A stretch of DNA of 64,000 nt from Octopus vulgaris. Lineage: Eukaryota. The stretch covers positions 31,558,001 through 31,622,000 of the forward strand of contig OX597827.1 in assembly GCA_951406725.2 (NCBI GenBank). Reading direction: 5' to 3'. Below the pieces are notes generated by a model, which did no database searches, was not told where the DNA came from, and saw only the letters and a list, made by a program, of their open reading frames with translations. Positions within the stretch are counted from its first letter, which is position 1. Every line of letters starts with the position of its first letter. Shown piece after piece: positions 52,859 through 64,000 of the stretch. The translations under genes were made by a program, and so were the position numbers.

Positions 52859-54644
52859 ATCATCATCATCATCATCATCATCGTTTAACGTCCGCTTTCC
52901 ATGCTAGCATGGGTTGGACAGTTCGACTGGGGTCTGTGCCACCAGCACAGGTGCCAGACGAGGCTGGCAAACGGCCACGATCGGATGGTGCTTTTTACAT
53001 GCCACCAGCACGGGGGCCAGGCGAGTCTGGCAATAGCCACGATCGGAGGGTGCTTTTTACATGCCACCGGCACGGGGGCCAGGCAAGTCTGGGTGGTTTG
53101 CTTACATGCAACCGGCACTGGTATCACAGTTACAATTTCCATTGATGTTGATCGATTTTGATTTTGATTTTGATTCTGATTCTCACTTGCCTTAACATGT
53201 CTTCACATGTAGAGTTTTGAGTCTCAAGAAGGAAAGGTATGCATAAGTGGACTGGTTACATCCCAGGCCACGGGTTATGGTCTCACTTGTCTTGCCAAGT
53301 CTTCTCACGCACAGCATACTTCGATAGGTCTCGGTCTCTAGTCATTTCCTCGGTGAGACCTAAGGTTCGAAGGTCGTGCTTCACCACCTCGTCCCAGTTT
53401 TCCTGGGTCTACCTCTTCCACAGGTTCCCTCAACCGCTAGGGTGTGGCACTTTTTCACACAACTATCTTCATCCATTCTCACCAGCGCAAACGTTTCTCT
53501 TGCACACCACAACTGATTCTTCTTAGGTCCAACTTTTCTCTCAAGGTACTTACACTCTGTCGAGTATGAACACTGACATTACACATCCATCGGAGCATCA
53601 TGGCTTCATTTTTTGTGAGCTTACGCATATCTTCAGCAGTCATGGCCCATGTTTCACTACCATGTAGCATGGCTGTTTGTACACATGCGTCATACAGTCT
53701 GTCTTTTACTCTGGGCGAGAGGCCTTTTGTCACCAGCAGAGGTAAGAGCTCTCTGAACTTTGCCCAAGCTATTCTTACTCTAGCAGTTACACTTTCAGCA
53801 CACCCACCCCTGCTACTGACTTGGTCACCTAGGTAATGGAAGCTATCAACTATTTCTAGTTTTTCTCCCTGGAATGTGGCGGAAGTTGGTCTCTGCGCAT
53901 TTTCAGTGTTTATTGCTCCTGAGCATCTGCCACATACAAAAACTATTTTCCTAGTTAGCCTTCCTTTGACATTGCTGCACCTCTTATGTGTCCATAGCTG
54001 ACACTTGTTGCATCTTATAGAGTTTCTACCTATGCCTTTTCTACAGATTGAGCAGGGCCATCTACCTGAAGGCGTTTGTGATTTGTCTACCTTCCTACTT
54101 ATTGGGACTTTGGTTTTAGCTAGGTTGACTCTAAAGGCCCTTCGATTCTAATCCTTGCTTCCACACCTGAAACCTCTCCAGTTCTGATAGTGACTCAGCA
54201 ATTAGAGCAAGGTCATCAGCATAGAGGAGCTCCCAGAGGTATCCTGTCTTGAATTCCTCCGTTATTGCCTGGAGGACTATGATAAATAGGAGGGGGCTGA
54301 GGACTGAACCTTGGTGGACCCCTACCTCTACCCGGAATTCTTCACCGTACTCGTTGCCAACTCTCACCTTACTAGCAGCATCCCTGTACATGGCTCGCAC
54401 AGCTCTCACTAACCATTCATCTATCTCTAGTTTCCTCATTGACCACCAGATAAGTGATCGGGGGACCCTGTCGAAGGTTTTCTCCATGTCAACAAAAGCC
54501 AGGTACAGGGGCTTATTTTTGGCTAGGTATTTCTCCTGCAGCTATCTTACCAAGAATATAGCATCAGTGGTACTTTTCCCTGGCACGAACCCAAACTGCA
54601 TCTCATCTAAACTAACTCTCTCTCTAATTAGTTGGGCTATGACC

Positions 54645-54645
<1 letters not shown>
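52858..54645 (-). mobile_element. 5'-truncated RTE-clade LINE (RT domain to 3' tail), frameshifted
   Basis: QFGFVPGKSTTDAI, FVDMEKTFDRVPR, GVHQGSVLSPLLF, LYADDL, HGSETW; same family as 51440-52270. Confidence 0.93.
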
Positions 54646-54687
<42 letters not shown>

Positions 54688-54691
<4 letters not shown>

Positions 54692-54969
54692 AAACTTAAG
54701 GAATGGAATAGATAAGAGATATGGGCTACATGTTTTGTAGTAAACAGAACCTCAGAAGTGGTAAATATCTAAGTAAGGTGTATACCACAGGTTACTTGTC
54801 AGGCCAAGGGTATCTTGATTAAATAAAAGTTTACATTTAATCAAGATACCCTTGGCCTGATGAGTAGACTGCAGTATACACCTTGCTTGGATATTTAACA
54901 TTTCTGAGGCTCCATTCACTACAAATCATGCAGCCCAGATCTCATCTTCTCCATTCCTTAATTCTTGTA
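54688..54969. mobile_element. Older inverted-repeat element with two decayed outward-facing HHRs (54724-54805 minus; 54854-54935 plus)
   Basis: Arms 54688-54824 and 54835-54969; inferred consensus ggc-CTGAYGA-gtag...ctac-(G)AAAC-AT-GT-A-gcc with CpG-type decay. Confidence 0.65.
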
Positions 54970-56125
54970 TTCTTATTCTTGTACTCAGCAACCCTGGTTG
55001 CCTACCGTGAAATATAAAAGGAATTCTTTTCAGCTTATTGTAATTTGATACAAAAAAATCCACAACCTTCCATGTCAATAAACCACAATATTCCTGAAAG
55101 TTTTGTTTTTTATATTTATAATGGATTGCTTGAAGCTGACTTTCTTCTTACACCTCGATCCTTGAATCTTACATTTATGCGTGTGTGTGTGTGTGTGTGC
55201 ATGCACACACATATATTTATCCATTTACGTATAAGTACCAAATCCAATAAACCATAGATCTGACCCAGGATTGGGCTCTTCTTTTATATACATATTGAGA
55301 GAGAGAAAGAGAGAGAGAGGGAGAAAGAGAGAAATGAGGAGAGTGAAATGAGAGTTTATGTAGAAATGGTACACGGCTAATTGGTTAAGGAGTCCAGCTC
55401 ACGAAAATAATGTCATGAGTTCAATTCTGGGACAAGCCAGTATATCATCTCCTGTACATATGTATGCATTTCTCAATATTCTGCTGACATTTCAGCTTGT
55501 AAACACCATACATCTGAGTTACCTCAAAACAAATTCAAATCGCTGATTTGAATTTTATATATGCAGACAGCACAAAAATCTATCTACTGATGTGAAAAAA
55601 TGCTGCACAAGTGAAATAAAATTAAATTTTGAATTAGAAGCAGTTCTAATAATGTAAACATTACCAATATCACATATTTTGTGAATGTGGTTGGTTTATA
55701 CACTTATTGGCTGTGGAATTCATTGAATGTAAAAAAGCATTGAGTGTAAAAAAACAAAAAAACACTGAATACCTCATATTAGATTAAATGAATTGCCCTA
55801 CAGGTAAATTAGAACGGTGGATATCAATATTTCACTGTTATTTCAGCTCATCAGCATCATATACCTGAGTCACCTCAAACATGAATCCTGCACCGTCAGG
55901 CTTTTATGATCCATAGAGTTCTTTTTAGCCCAATACTTATACATTATTATTCATAGCTGTATCTCCTTCGAGAAAAGAATTATATATCTTTCTATTTTTT
56001 AATGTGCATATATATATATATATATATATCGGGAAGCTTTATGAAAATAAACAAAAGACGAAGGCAGGTGGAGTACAAACAAACAATTGTATTAGTATGG
56101 CACTCAGGAATATAAATAAAACAAG

Positions 56126-56163
56126 TCTTTTACGTTTCGAGCCTACGCTCTTCAACAGAAAGA
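56126..56163 (-). ncRNA. Minimal hammerhead-like motif with variant core CUGUUGA in the PLE 3' end
   Basis: tcttt-CTGTTGA-a-GAGC gtag GCTC-GAA-ACGT-A-aaaga. Confidence 0.65.
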
Positions 56164-56383
56164 TACACAGAAAAGAAACATGGAGAGAAACAAGGAGAGA
56201 AAAAAATGCGTGCAGAAGCTAGCGATTCAACATGGTGATTCTGGCCAGAAGTCAGAGATCAAACGTGAGACGCAAGAGCGAAAATAGGGGAGATAACAGG
56301 GTCAAATGACTTCGCCCCAACATAAGGGTGTGTGTGTGTATGAGAGAGTATGTGGTGCGTATGAAAGGTCTGGACGTGTGTAT

Positions 56384-56613
56384 GGCGGCGAGCTGGCAGA
56401 ATCATTAGCACGCCGGGCGAAATGCGTAGCCGTATTTTGTCTGCCGTTACGCTGTGAGTTCAAATTCCGCCGAGGTCGGCTTTGCCTTTCATCCTTTCGG
56501 GGTCGATAAATTAAGCACCAGTTACGAACAGGGGTCGATATAATCGACTTTATCCCTTTGTCTGTCCTTGTTTGTCCCCTCTATGTTTAGCCCCTTGTGG
56601 GCAATAAAGAAAT
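56384..56613 (+). mobile_element. Young family-A SINE inserted in the PLE 3' UTR
   Basis: CpG-rich intact copy ggcggcgagctggcagaatc...gagttcaaattccgccgaggtcg. Confidence 0.85.
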
Positions 56614-56661
56614 ATATGTATGTATGTATGATGTGATGTGTAATGTCGTATGGTGTAGTGT

Positions 56662-57170
56662 AGAGAGGGGAGATGAGGGGGAGAGTGAGAGAGAGAGGAG
56701 GAGGGATGGGAGGGGGAGGCGGAGGAAGGAGAGGAGGGGTGATGAGGGAGGTGATGGGGGAGAGGGGAAGAGGGGGAAGAAGGAGAGAGGAGGGAGGAGG
56801 GAGAAGAGGAGGGAGGAGGGAGAAGAGGAGGGAGGAGGGAGAAGAGGAGGGAGGAGGGAGAAGAGGAGGGAGAAGAGGAGGGAGAGGGAGAAGAGGAAAG
56901 GTGAGAGTGAGGGGGAGGAAAGAAGGAGGGGGTGAGGGTGAGATGAGATGAGGGGGGAGGAAAGAGAAGAGGGGGAGGGGGAGGAGGGAAGGGGAGAAGG
57001 AAGGAGAGGAGAAGAGGAGGGGGATGGAAAGGAGGGGAGAGGAGGAGGGGAGGATAGGGGGAGAGAGAGAAGGAGAGTGAGGGAGCAGAGAGAAAGAGAG
57101 AAGAGGAAGAAGAAAGAGGAGGGAAGAAGGGAAGGGAGGGAAAGAGAGTAGGAGTGAAAAGATGAAGGAC
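56662..57170. repeat. ~500-bp polypurine/polypyrimidine tract in the PLE 3' region
   Basis: Almost pure G/A on the + strand; source of the Pro/Ser/Leu and Arg/Glu/Gly ORFs. Confidence 0.92.
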
Positions 57171-59860
57171 CGAAGAGAAGCAGGAGTCGGGGGGAGAGTT
57201 GAGACCAAATGGCATAAAAGAGCGAAGAGAGAAGATTAATCCCTGTTCATGGCGCAAACGGGAATCCGGATGGCCTCTGCGCAAGGACAAACCGAACACA
57301 GACAGGTCTTGCAAGGAGTGACCGATGGAGTGGAAATGGCGTGAGACCGGTGTGATGTTGGCAAGGCGGATGTCTTGGAGGTGTTCCGCGAACCGGTCAG
57401 CCAAGCGGCGTCCCGTTTGTCCGATGTACAGGGAATGGCAGAGAGAGCAAGAGATGCAGTAGATGATATTGCTGGAGGTGCAGGTGAAGGAGTTGATGAT
57501 GCGATAGGGCCGATGATGGGTGCCAGTGAGGAGGGTGGTGTTGGAGAGGTAAGGGCAAGTGTGGCAACGTGGGTGGGAGCAGAGGAACGAGCCAGGTTGG
57601 AAGGTAGGGTCAGGGAAGGAGCTGTGGACCAAAAGGTCTCGTAGGTTATGGGCTCGTTTGAAGGAGGGGAGGGGTCGGTTAGGGAAGAGGTGTGAAGTGG
57701 ACGGGTCGGACTGGAGATGCCAGAAAGCTCAAAGAATGGTGCGTTGGAGAGGTAGGGTCGTGGGGTGGTAAGTGAGGGGAAAAGGGAGGCGGGAGACTAC
57801 AGGGCAGGTTCGGGGGGAGAGAGCAGATGCACGGTCTACGGAACGTGCTCTAGCAAGGGCGGTGTGGATAATGGTGAGGGGGTATCCACGTAGGATGAAG
57901 TGGCGAGCCATGCGTAGAGGCTGAGTCTCAAAGTCATGGTCGTCACTACAGAGCCTATGTAGACGGAGGAATTGGGAATAGGGGATGGAAAGCTTGGTGT
58001 GTTTTGGGTGGGAGGAAGAGAAGTTTAGGTATGAGTGTGAGTCTGTGTGTTTGTAGTGAATGGAGGTGGTAAGAGTGGAGTGATGAATGCTGACCGAAAT
58101 ATCAAGGAAGGAGACAGAGGTGTTGGAGATAGTGGAGGTGAAGTGAAGGGCATGATGGAAGGATTGAACGAAGGAGAGGAAGGAATCTAGAGAGTGAGGT
58201 GGCACCGATAATGTCGTCAGTGTAACGACCATATAGTTCGGGAGTGGGACCAGTGAAATTAGAGAATATTTGGGCCTCAACATAGCCAACGAACAGGTTC
58301 GCATAGTTGGGGCCCATTCGCATTGCCATGGCCACTCCCGAGACCTGTTGGTAGAACTCGCCCGCAAACGAGAAGCAGTTAAGAGAAAGGACAAGTTCAG
58401 CCAGACGAATGAGTGTGGAGGTGTCGGGTTCGGGGTTGAAGTGGAGGTCGAGAAAGTGTTGAAGTGCCCGCAGTCCTTCGTGGTGAGGGATGATGGTATA
58501 GAGACTCTAGATGTTCATTGTAAAAAGTATTTTGGAGGAGCCGGGAGGAAAAGAGAAAGAGTTGAACAGTCGGAGAGCATGGTTGGTGTCGTGGATGTTG
58601 GAGGGAAGAGACGCCACTAGGGGGGCAAGGACACGGTTGAGATATTTTGAGATGAGCTCCGTGGGGCAGTTGCAGGCGGAGACAATGGGGCGGCCAGGGT
58701 TGTTGGGTTTGTGGATTTTGGGGAGGAAGTAAATGGTGGGGGTGCGTGGGGTTTGCACAATTAGGTTGGATGCGGTGTGGGGGAGACGGGAGGACGAGAT
58801 GAGGTCGTGGACAGTAGAGGATACCGTCTGTTGGTAGCTACGTGTGGGGTTAGAGGACAGAGGGGAGTAGAAGGAGGTGTCATTGAGTTGGCGGAGAGCC
58901 TCGGCCCTGTAGAGGTCCGCGTGCCACACCACCACAGCTCCACTCTTGTCAGCCAGTTTGATGATAATGTCAGCGCGCCGTTGGAGGGAACGAAGAGCCA
59001 AGGGCTCGGCCGGGGAGATGTTGAGACGGCGGTGGCGCCTGGAGAAGTTGAACTGCTCCAATGCACGCTGACAGGCGCCCGCGTAAAGATCAACCACTAG
59101 GAACTGGCCGGGGGCAGGCGTCCACGGGGATGGTCGGCGGCCCAGGTCAGTGAAGCAGTCCTCATCGTTGGATGCGGGTGGTGAGTCGTGGAAAAATGCA
59201 CCCAACCGGACGCAGTGCACAAAGCTGTGGACATCAGCTCGTGTCTGGAATTCCTTACAGGATGGAGTGAGGGGGATGAAACGCAGACCCCTACCAAGGA
59301 CGGAGTGTTCCGCCGCAGAGAGGGGGCAATGGTAACAACAGACGGAAGTGGAGAAGGGGTGGGTGGAATAGAAGTACGAGGGGTGGATGGAATGGGAGTA
59401 GGAGTAGGAGGGGTGGTAGGGCTGGTGGAGGTCTGAGGGGGAGGGATTGGGGAGGTTTGTGGGGGTTGTTGGGAGGGACAGTGGGGTTAGGTGTGGGTGG
59501 GTGGAGCCTATCAGGAGGGGAGAAGGGTAGTGGCGTCGGGTGTGGTGGAATAGAGGAGTGATTGGAGTTTACGAAGTTTGGTATTGGAAAGAAATTGATG
59601 GAAGAGGTGATTCAAATGGATAATGAAGCATAGCGTGTTTGGAGCATGGAAAGGCGGCAGAGAGGAGAAAAATGTGGAAAAAGCAGGAGGGAGGAGGCAG
59701 TCGATGGTATGTAGTTTAGAGAGATTGGAGCGAATGGTGGCACACATAAGGCGGTAAGATGTGGTGCGGAGTATGGGTAAGATGGATATATATATATATA
59801 TATATATCATCATCATCATCAATTAATGTCCGCCTTACATGCTAGCATGAGTATGTATAT

Positions 59861-60464
59861 ATATTAAAAGTCAGGGTATACTATGCACCTTTTTGTTAGA
59901 AAGAAGAGTTAAAACTCTCCAAAGTCACGCATCTCTCAGACACGTTCATATTGTACCCTGATTTCTAATATATATTTTTTGCCTATTTCGTTATGTTTGC
60001 TGGCCACTTTATCATTATTTTATTTAAAGATAATGATAACTTATTTGAATTTTGAACTTTTACATGCTTGCTAATGTTTGTTTGGAAGTCGTGGGGCCTT
60101 CAGTTGAACAGACATGCACGGAATGGTAAATGTATGTTAAAAACAGTTTACATAGTAAGCCAAGCTGGTGAGCTTTAAGTGTCAGTTTGGCACAGAAAGT
60201 GAAATCAATTGATACTGGGATATCCTCTCTCCCCTTATAAATGGGGACAACCGTGTTTTTTAATGTATTTGTTACATTCTCCAAGTCTGTTTACATATAG
60301 AAAGAGATGCATGGTTTTGGAGAGTTTTAACTCTTCATTCTAGCAAACAGGTACATATTGTACCCTGACTTTTAATATATATTTTTTGCTTATTTCGTTT
60401 ATGTTTGCTGGCCACTTTGTCATTATTTTTTTTAAAGATAATGATAACTTATTTGAATTTTGAA
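59861..60464 (+). mobile_element. Terminally redundant 407-nt unit + inverted arm with HHR (60160-60219), in TA-rich flanks
   Basis: 59947-60055 repeats at 60354-60464; 59861-59937 is an inverted copy of about 60304-60378; ccaag-CTGGTGA-gcttt..aaagt-GAA-ATCAATTGAT-A-ctggg. Confidence 0.78.
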
Positions 60465-60999
60465 TATATGCGTGTATATATATATATAAATAAATATATA
60501 CACTCACACACACACAAACATCATTTATCTTTTGCTTGCTTCAGCCATTAGACTGTGGTCATGCTGGGGCACCACCTTCAATAATCTTTTTGTTGAATGA
60601 ATCAACCCTGGTATTTATATTTTTTCATTAAGCCTGGTCTCTTTTGCTGAACCACTAAATGACAGGGACATAAACACACCAATACCAATTGTTAAGCAGT
60701 GGTTGGAGACAAACACTGGCACAAAGGCACACAACATACACACACATATATATATGATAATAATGTCCTGTTCTGTGACAGAAATTTCAACAAAAAAAGT
60801 ACTCCATTTGTTTTCTATGATATATGCTCACACACACATGATGGGTTTCTTTGTTTCTGTCTGCCAAATCCACTCACAAGGTTTTGATCAACCCAAGGCT
60901 ATAGTAGAAGACACCAGCCCAAGGTTCCACACAGTGGGACTGAACCTAGAACCATTTGGTTGGGAAGCAAATTTCTTACCACACAGCCACACCTGTGCC

Positions 61000-61200
61000 A
61001 TGTGACCGTGTGTGTATCGTTGGCGATTTTCTTTCTCCGTCTTCCCTTCTTTGAACTTTTTCTATATTTCTGACGAAGAGCTCTGCTCAAAACGTGAAAT
61101 CCTCTTTCTTTTCTTTCCTTTCCTGAGCATCCAATAACACTGTACTTATTCCACGTCCTTGCGTTGTTGGTTTTTCTTGCTTGTTCATGTATGGATTGAG
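61000..61200 (+). mobile_element. PLE-like 3' tail with decayed minimal HHR (61066-61100)
   Basis: attt-CTGACGA-a-GAGC tct GCTC-AAAACGT-G-aaat; ends at (TA)n. Confidence 0.55.
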
Positions 61201-61702
61201 TATATATATATATATATACATATATTGGCATCCATGCTAGTGGAGCGCTAAGAGCACCATCCGAGTGTGATCGTTGCCAGTGCAGCAAACTGGCTTCGTG
61301 CCAGTGGCACATAAGCACCATTCAAGCGTGATTGTCACCAGCATCACCTTACTGGCACTTGTGCCAGTGGCACGTGAAAAAAAAAACATTCCAGCGAGGT
61401 CGTTGCCAGTGCTACTGGACTGGCTCCTGTGCAGGTGGCATGTAAAAAACACCATTTGAGCGTGGCCGTTACCAGTATCACCTGACTGGCCCTTGTGCCG
61501 GTGGCACATGAAAGCACCCACTACACTTCCGGAGTGGTTGGCATCAGGAAGGGCATCCAGCTGTAGAATGCTAGATCAAGATTGAAGCCTAGTGCAGCCA
61601 TCTGGTTCGCCAGTCCTCAGTCAAACTGTCCAACCCATGCTAGTATGGAATGCGGACGTTAAATGATGATGATCATCATGATGATATATATATATATATA
61701 TA

Positions 61703-61817
<115 letters not shown>

Positions 61818-61874
61818 TATATACATACTTTATATATATATATATCAAAATAAAAACATGATGCCAAGGATTCA

Positions 61875-61952
61875 GCGGTACATATGTTTCGGGCCTTTAT
61901 TAGACGGATTTATAACAATGCATAATGTGTGTCTATGGCCTTCTTCAGCCGC
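61875..61952 (-). ncRNA. Type-I hammerhead ribozyme (left arm)
   Basis: gcgg-CTGAAGA-aggcc...ggccc-GAAAC-ATAT-GT-A-ccgc. Confidence 0.8.
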
Positions 61953-62254
61953 GCACAATTACTACTTCAAGGACATGTATTACATCAAAAATTCTACGTT
62001 GGGGATGCAAATCCTCTCAGTCGCGTACGACACAATGCGGCACCAGCACAAAAATGAAGCGTCCATCCCGTCTTTCTCTCAATGTAGAATGTGCCACCAG
62101 CACGAGGGCCAGTGAGGTGATACATTGAGAGAAAGACGGGATGGACGCTTCATTTTTGTGCTGGTGTCGCATTGTGTCGTACGCGACTGAGAGGATTTGC
62201 ATCCCCAACGTAGAATTTTTGATGTAATACATGTCCTTGAAGTAGTGATTGTGC

Positions 62255-62332
62255 GCGGCTGAAGAAGGCCATAGACACACATTATGCATTGTTATAAATC
62301 CGTCTAACAATGGCCTGAAACATATGTACCGC
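62255..62332 (+). ncRNA. Type-I hammerhead ribozyme (right arm)
   Basis: gcgg-CTGAAGA-AGGCCAT agac...gtct aaca ATGGCCT-GAAAC-ATAT-GT-A-ccgc. Confidence 0.87.
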
Positions 62333-62438
62333 TGAATCCTTGGCATCATGTTTTTATTTTGATTAATTTACTCCACCACCTACACCACCAAACGGTATAT
62401 ACAGGTGCTTACAATTATCAAGTACTCACCCTGAATTT

Positions 62439-62469
<31 letters not shown>

Positions 62470-63119
62470 TAGAGAGAGAGAGAGAGAAAATTTTTAATGT
62501 GTGTGTGTTTTTGTTTTTGTTGTTGTGTCCTTCCCTCATAAGTATGCAAACTTATGTGTGGGGACTTGTCGAAGTCGAGTCGAGTCAAGTCAAGTTTTAC
62601 CAGCAGTCATAAACCATACTAATTATAGTTATAATGAGTTAACGCAGGATGATTAAAGGTTGAAGAGCTGAGGGTTGGAAAGGAGGTAATAATACATCTT
62701 GGACTTGTAGTACACTGTTGTTGTTGTTATTATTGTTATTAATATTACCGTCGTCGTTGTCATCATCATCATTGTTGTTGTTGTTATTGCTGTTGTTATC
62801 ATTATTATTATTGTTGTTGTTGCTATTGTTGTGTTATGAAAAATATCACAAATGTCAACTGCTTTGGCAGAAACAATTCAAAATTTTCCTAAAGAAATTT
62901 CTCAACATGTAAAACTATTTCAGTTCATGTAGACATTGTATATATGTATGTAATAGGTGAACATGTGGGTGTGCGATAAGAAGGTTGCTTCCCAACCGCA
63001 TGGTTGTGGGTTCAGTCCCACCATGCAGCATATTGTGCAAGTGTTTTCAACTTATGTCATGGGCTGACCAAAGCTTTCTGAGTAGATATGGTAGATGGAG
63101 ACTGAAAGAAGCCTGTCTC

Positions 63120-63660
63120 TCCTGGACTAGATATGCTTAATGAAAAATAACTTAATTAACTAAATTTTAACATCAAATCCTCCGAAATAATCACCTTGCC
63201 AAGCAATACACCAATCCTGGCATCTCTGCCACTTTTGGAATCCGGTCTGGAAGTCGTTTTCCATAAGAGCGTCAAAGACCTTCTGCAATCTGCTCTGGAT
63301 CTCAACAAAAGTGTTAAAATGGCGACCTTTGAGCTACATTTTGATCTTGGGTAAGAGATGGAAGTTCACAGGTGCTAAATTGCTGTAAGCTTTCTGGAGA
63401 ATGCTCAATCTCACTGTAGTGGACTTCCTAAGTTTAACGCAAAATTTCAAGTTATCTCTTTGTTCCAAATTCCTGTCCATGACAAAAACTGCAGACTACA
63501 ACGTATATGTGATCACACAAATTTCATAACTTCTGAAGTAAACACAGTATTGTCACTTGGCACACTGCCTCATGAAGGTTACTGCTAGCTCTCACAACCA
63601 TGTGCTACCATCTGTTGGTGTGCTACAGAACTAGTCCAAAAACACTTTGATCCTACCTTA
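63120..63660 (-). mobile_element. Internally deleted mariner transposon
   Basis: N-terminal MDRNLEQRDNLKFCVKLRKSTT fused to C-terminal LAPVNFHLLPKIK.LKGRHF...WCIAWQGDYF; residual TIR ggactag/ctagtcc. Confidence 0.8.
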
Positions 63661-64000
63661 TAGATATATATTTTTTTTAAATGTCTTGCAAGTACTTGGT
63701 GACCTTGTCAGTGCAGGTGCCACGTAAAAAGCATCCAGTCCACACTGTAAAGTGATTGGCCTTTGGAAGGGCATCCAGCTGTAAAAATCCTGCCAAAACA
63801 GAAGTCTGGTGTGGGCGTCTGCCTGGCTGGTTCTTGTGGTACCATCCCACCCATGCCAACATGCAAGACAAATGTTAAACAATGATGATGATGATGATAT
63901 GAATATGTCTATCTATGTGTATCTTTATGTCTGTATTTGCTCCTGAACACTGCTTGACAACTGGTGTTGCTGTGTTTATGTGGCATAACTTAGTGGTTCG

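Larger units (their letters stand above)
56030..59787 (-). mobile_element. Near full-length Penelope-like element, Neptune type (RT + Cys linker + GIY-YIG), frameshifted, inserted in (TA)n
   Basis: KLADKSG, LPKIHKPNNPGRPIVS, MGPNYANLFVG, RYTDDI, FLDI, YSQFLR, CSHPRCHTC, IIYCISC..C..LYIGQTGRRLADRFAEH, GLN. Confidence 0.93.
61843..62363. mobile_element. Near-perfect ~240-bp inverted repeat carrying two outward-facing HHRs, in (TA)n
   Basis: About 61843-62086 is the reverse complement of 62121-62363; 34-bp spacer. Confidence 0.9.

Noticed and set aside
55828-55860. Minus-strand CTGATGA-gct-GAAA hammerhead-like core
   Set aside because: Only 3 nt between the boxes (no stem II) and no convincing stem I or III
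56522-57208. Long Pro/Ser/Leu and Arg/Glu/Gly ORFs
   Set aside because: Products of the stop-free polypurine tract, not real proteins

Overview
AT-rich eukaryotic DNA that is almost entirely repetitive. The SINE/LINE content and dense (TA)n, (CA)n, (TACA)n, (AAT)n and (CAT)n microsatellites look like a coleoid cephalopod such as Octopus; this is an inference, not a database result. I cannot support any host protein-coding gene, and most listed ORFs are microsatellite or SINE artefacts. Recognisable elements: R4/Dong-like RLE LINE 3' fragments stacked in (AAT)n; RTE LINEs and many copies of their 3' UTR, including a 2-kb multimer; a near full-length frameshifted Neptune-type Penelope-like element (PLE; RT + GIY-YIG) plus older PLE remnants; Tc1/mariner and piggyBac-type DNA elements; three tRNA-derived SINE families; and a 32-bp minisatellite. 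The strongest signal the ORF track does not explain is a set of about 20 intact or decayed type-I hammerhead ribozyme (HHR) motifs with palindromic stem III. They lie in short non-coding elements, mostly inserted in (TA)n. Three of these elements are terminally redundant 352-, 355- and 407-nt units with an inverted arm, resembling retrozymes or circular-RNA retrocopies. Two of those units and a third foldback share an unexplained double-hairpin, and the Neptune family carries a fixed non-canonical core (CUGUNGA). All folds were read by eye; none was computed or assayed.
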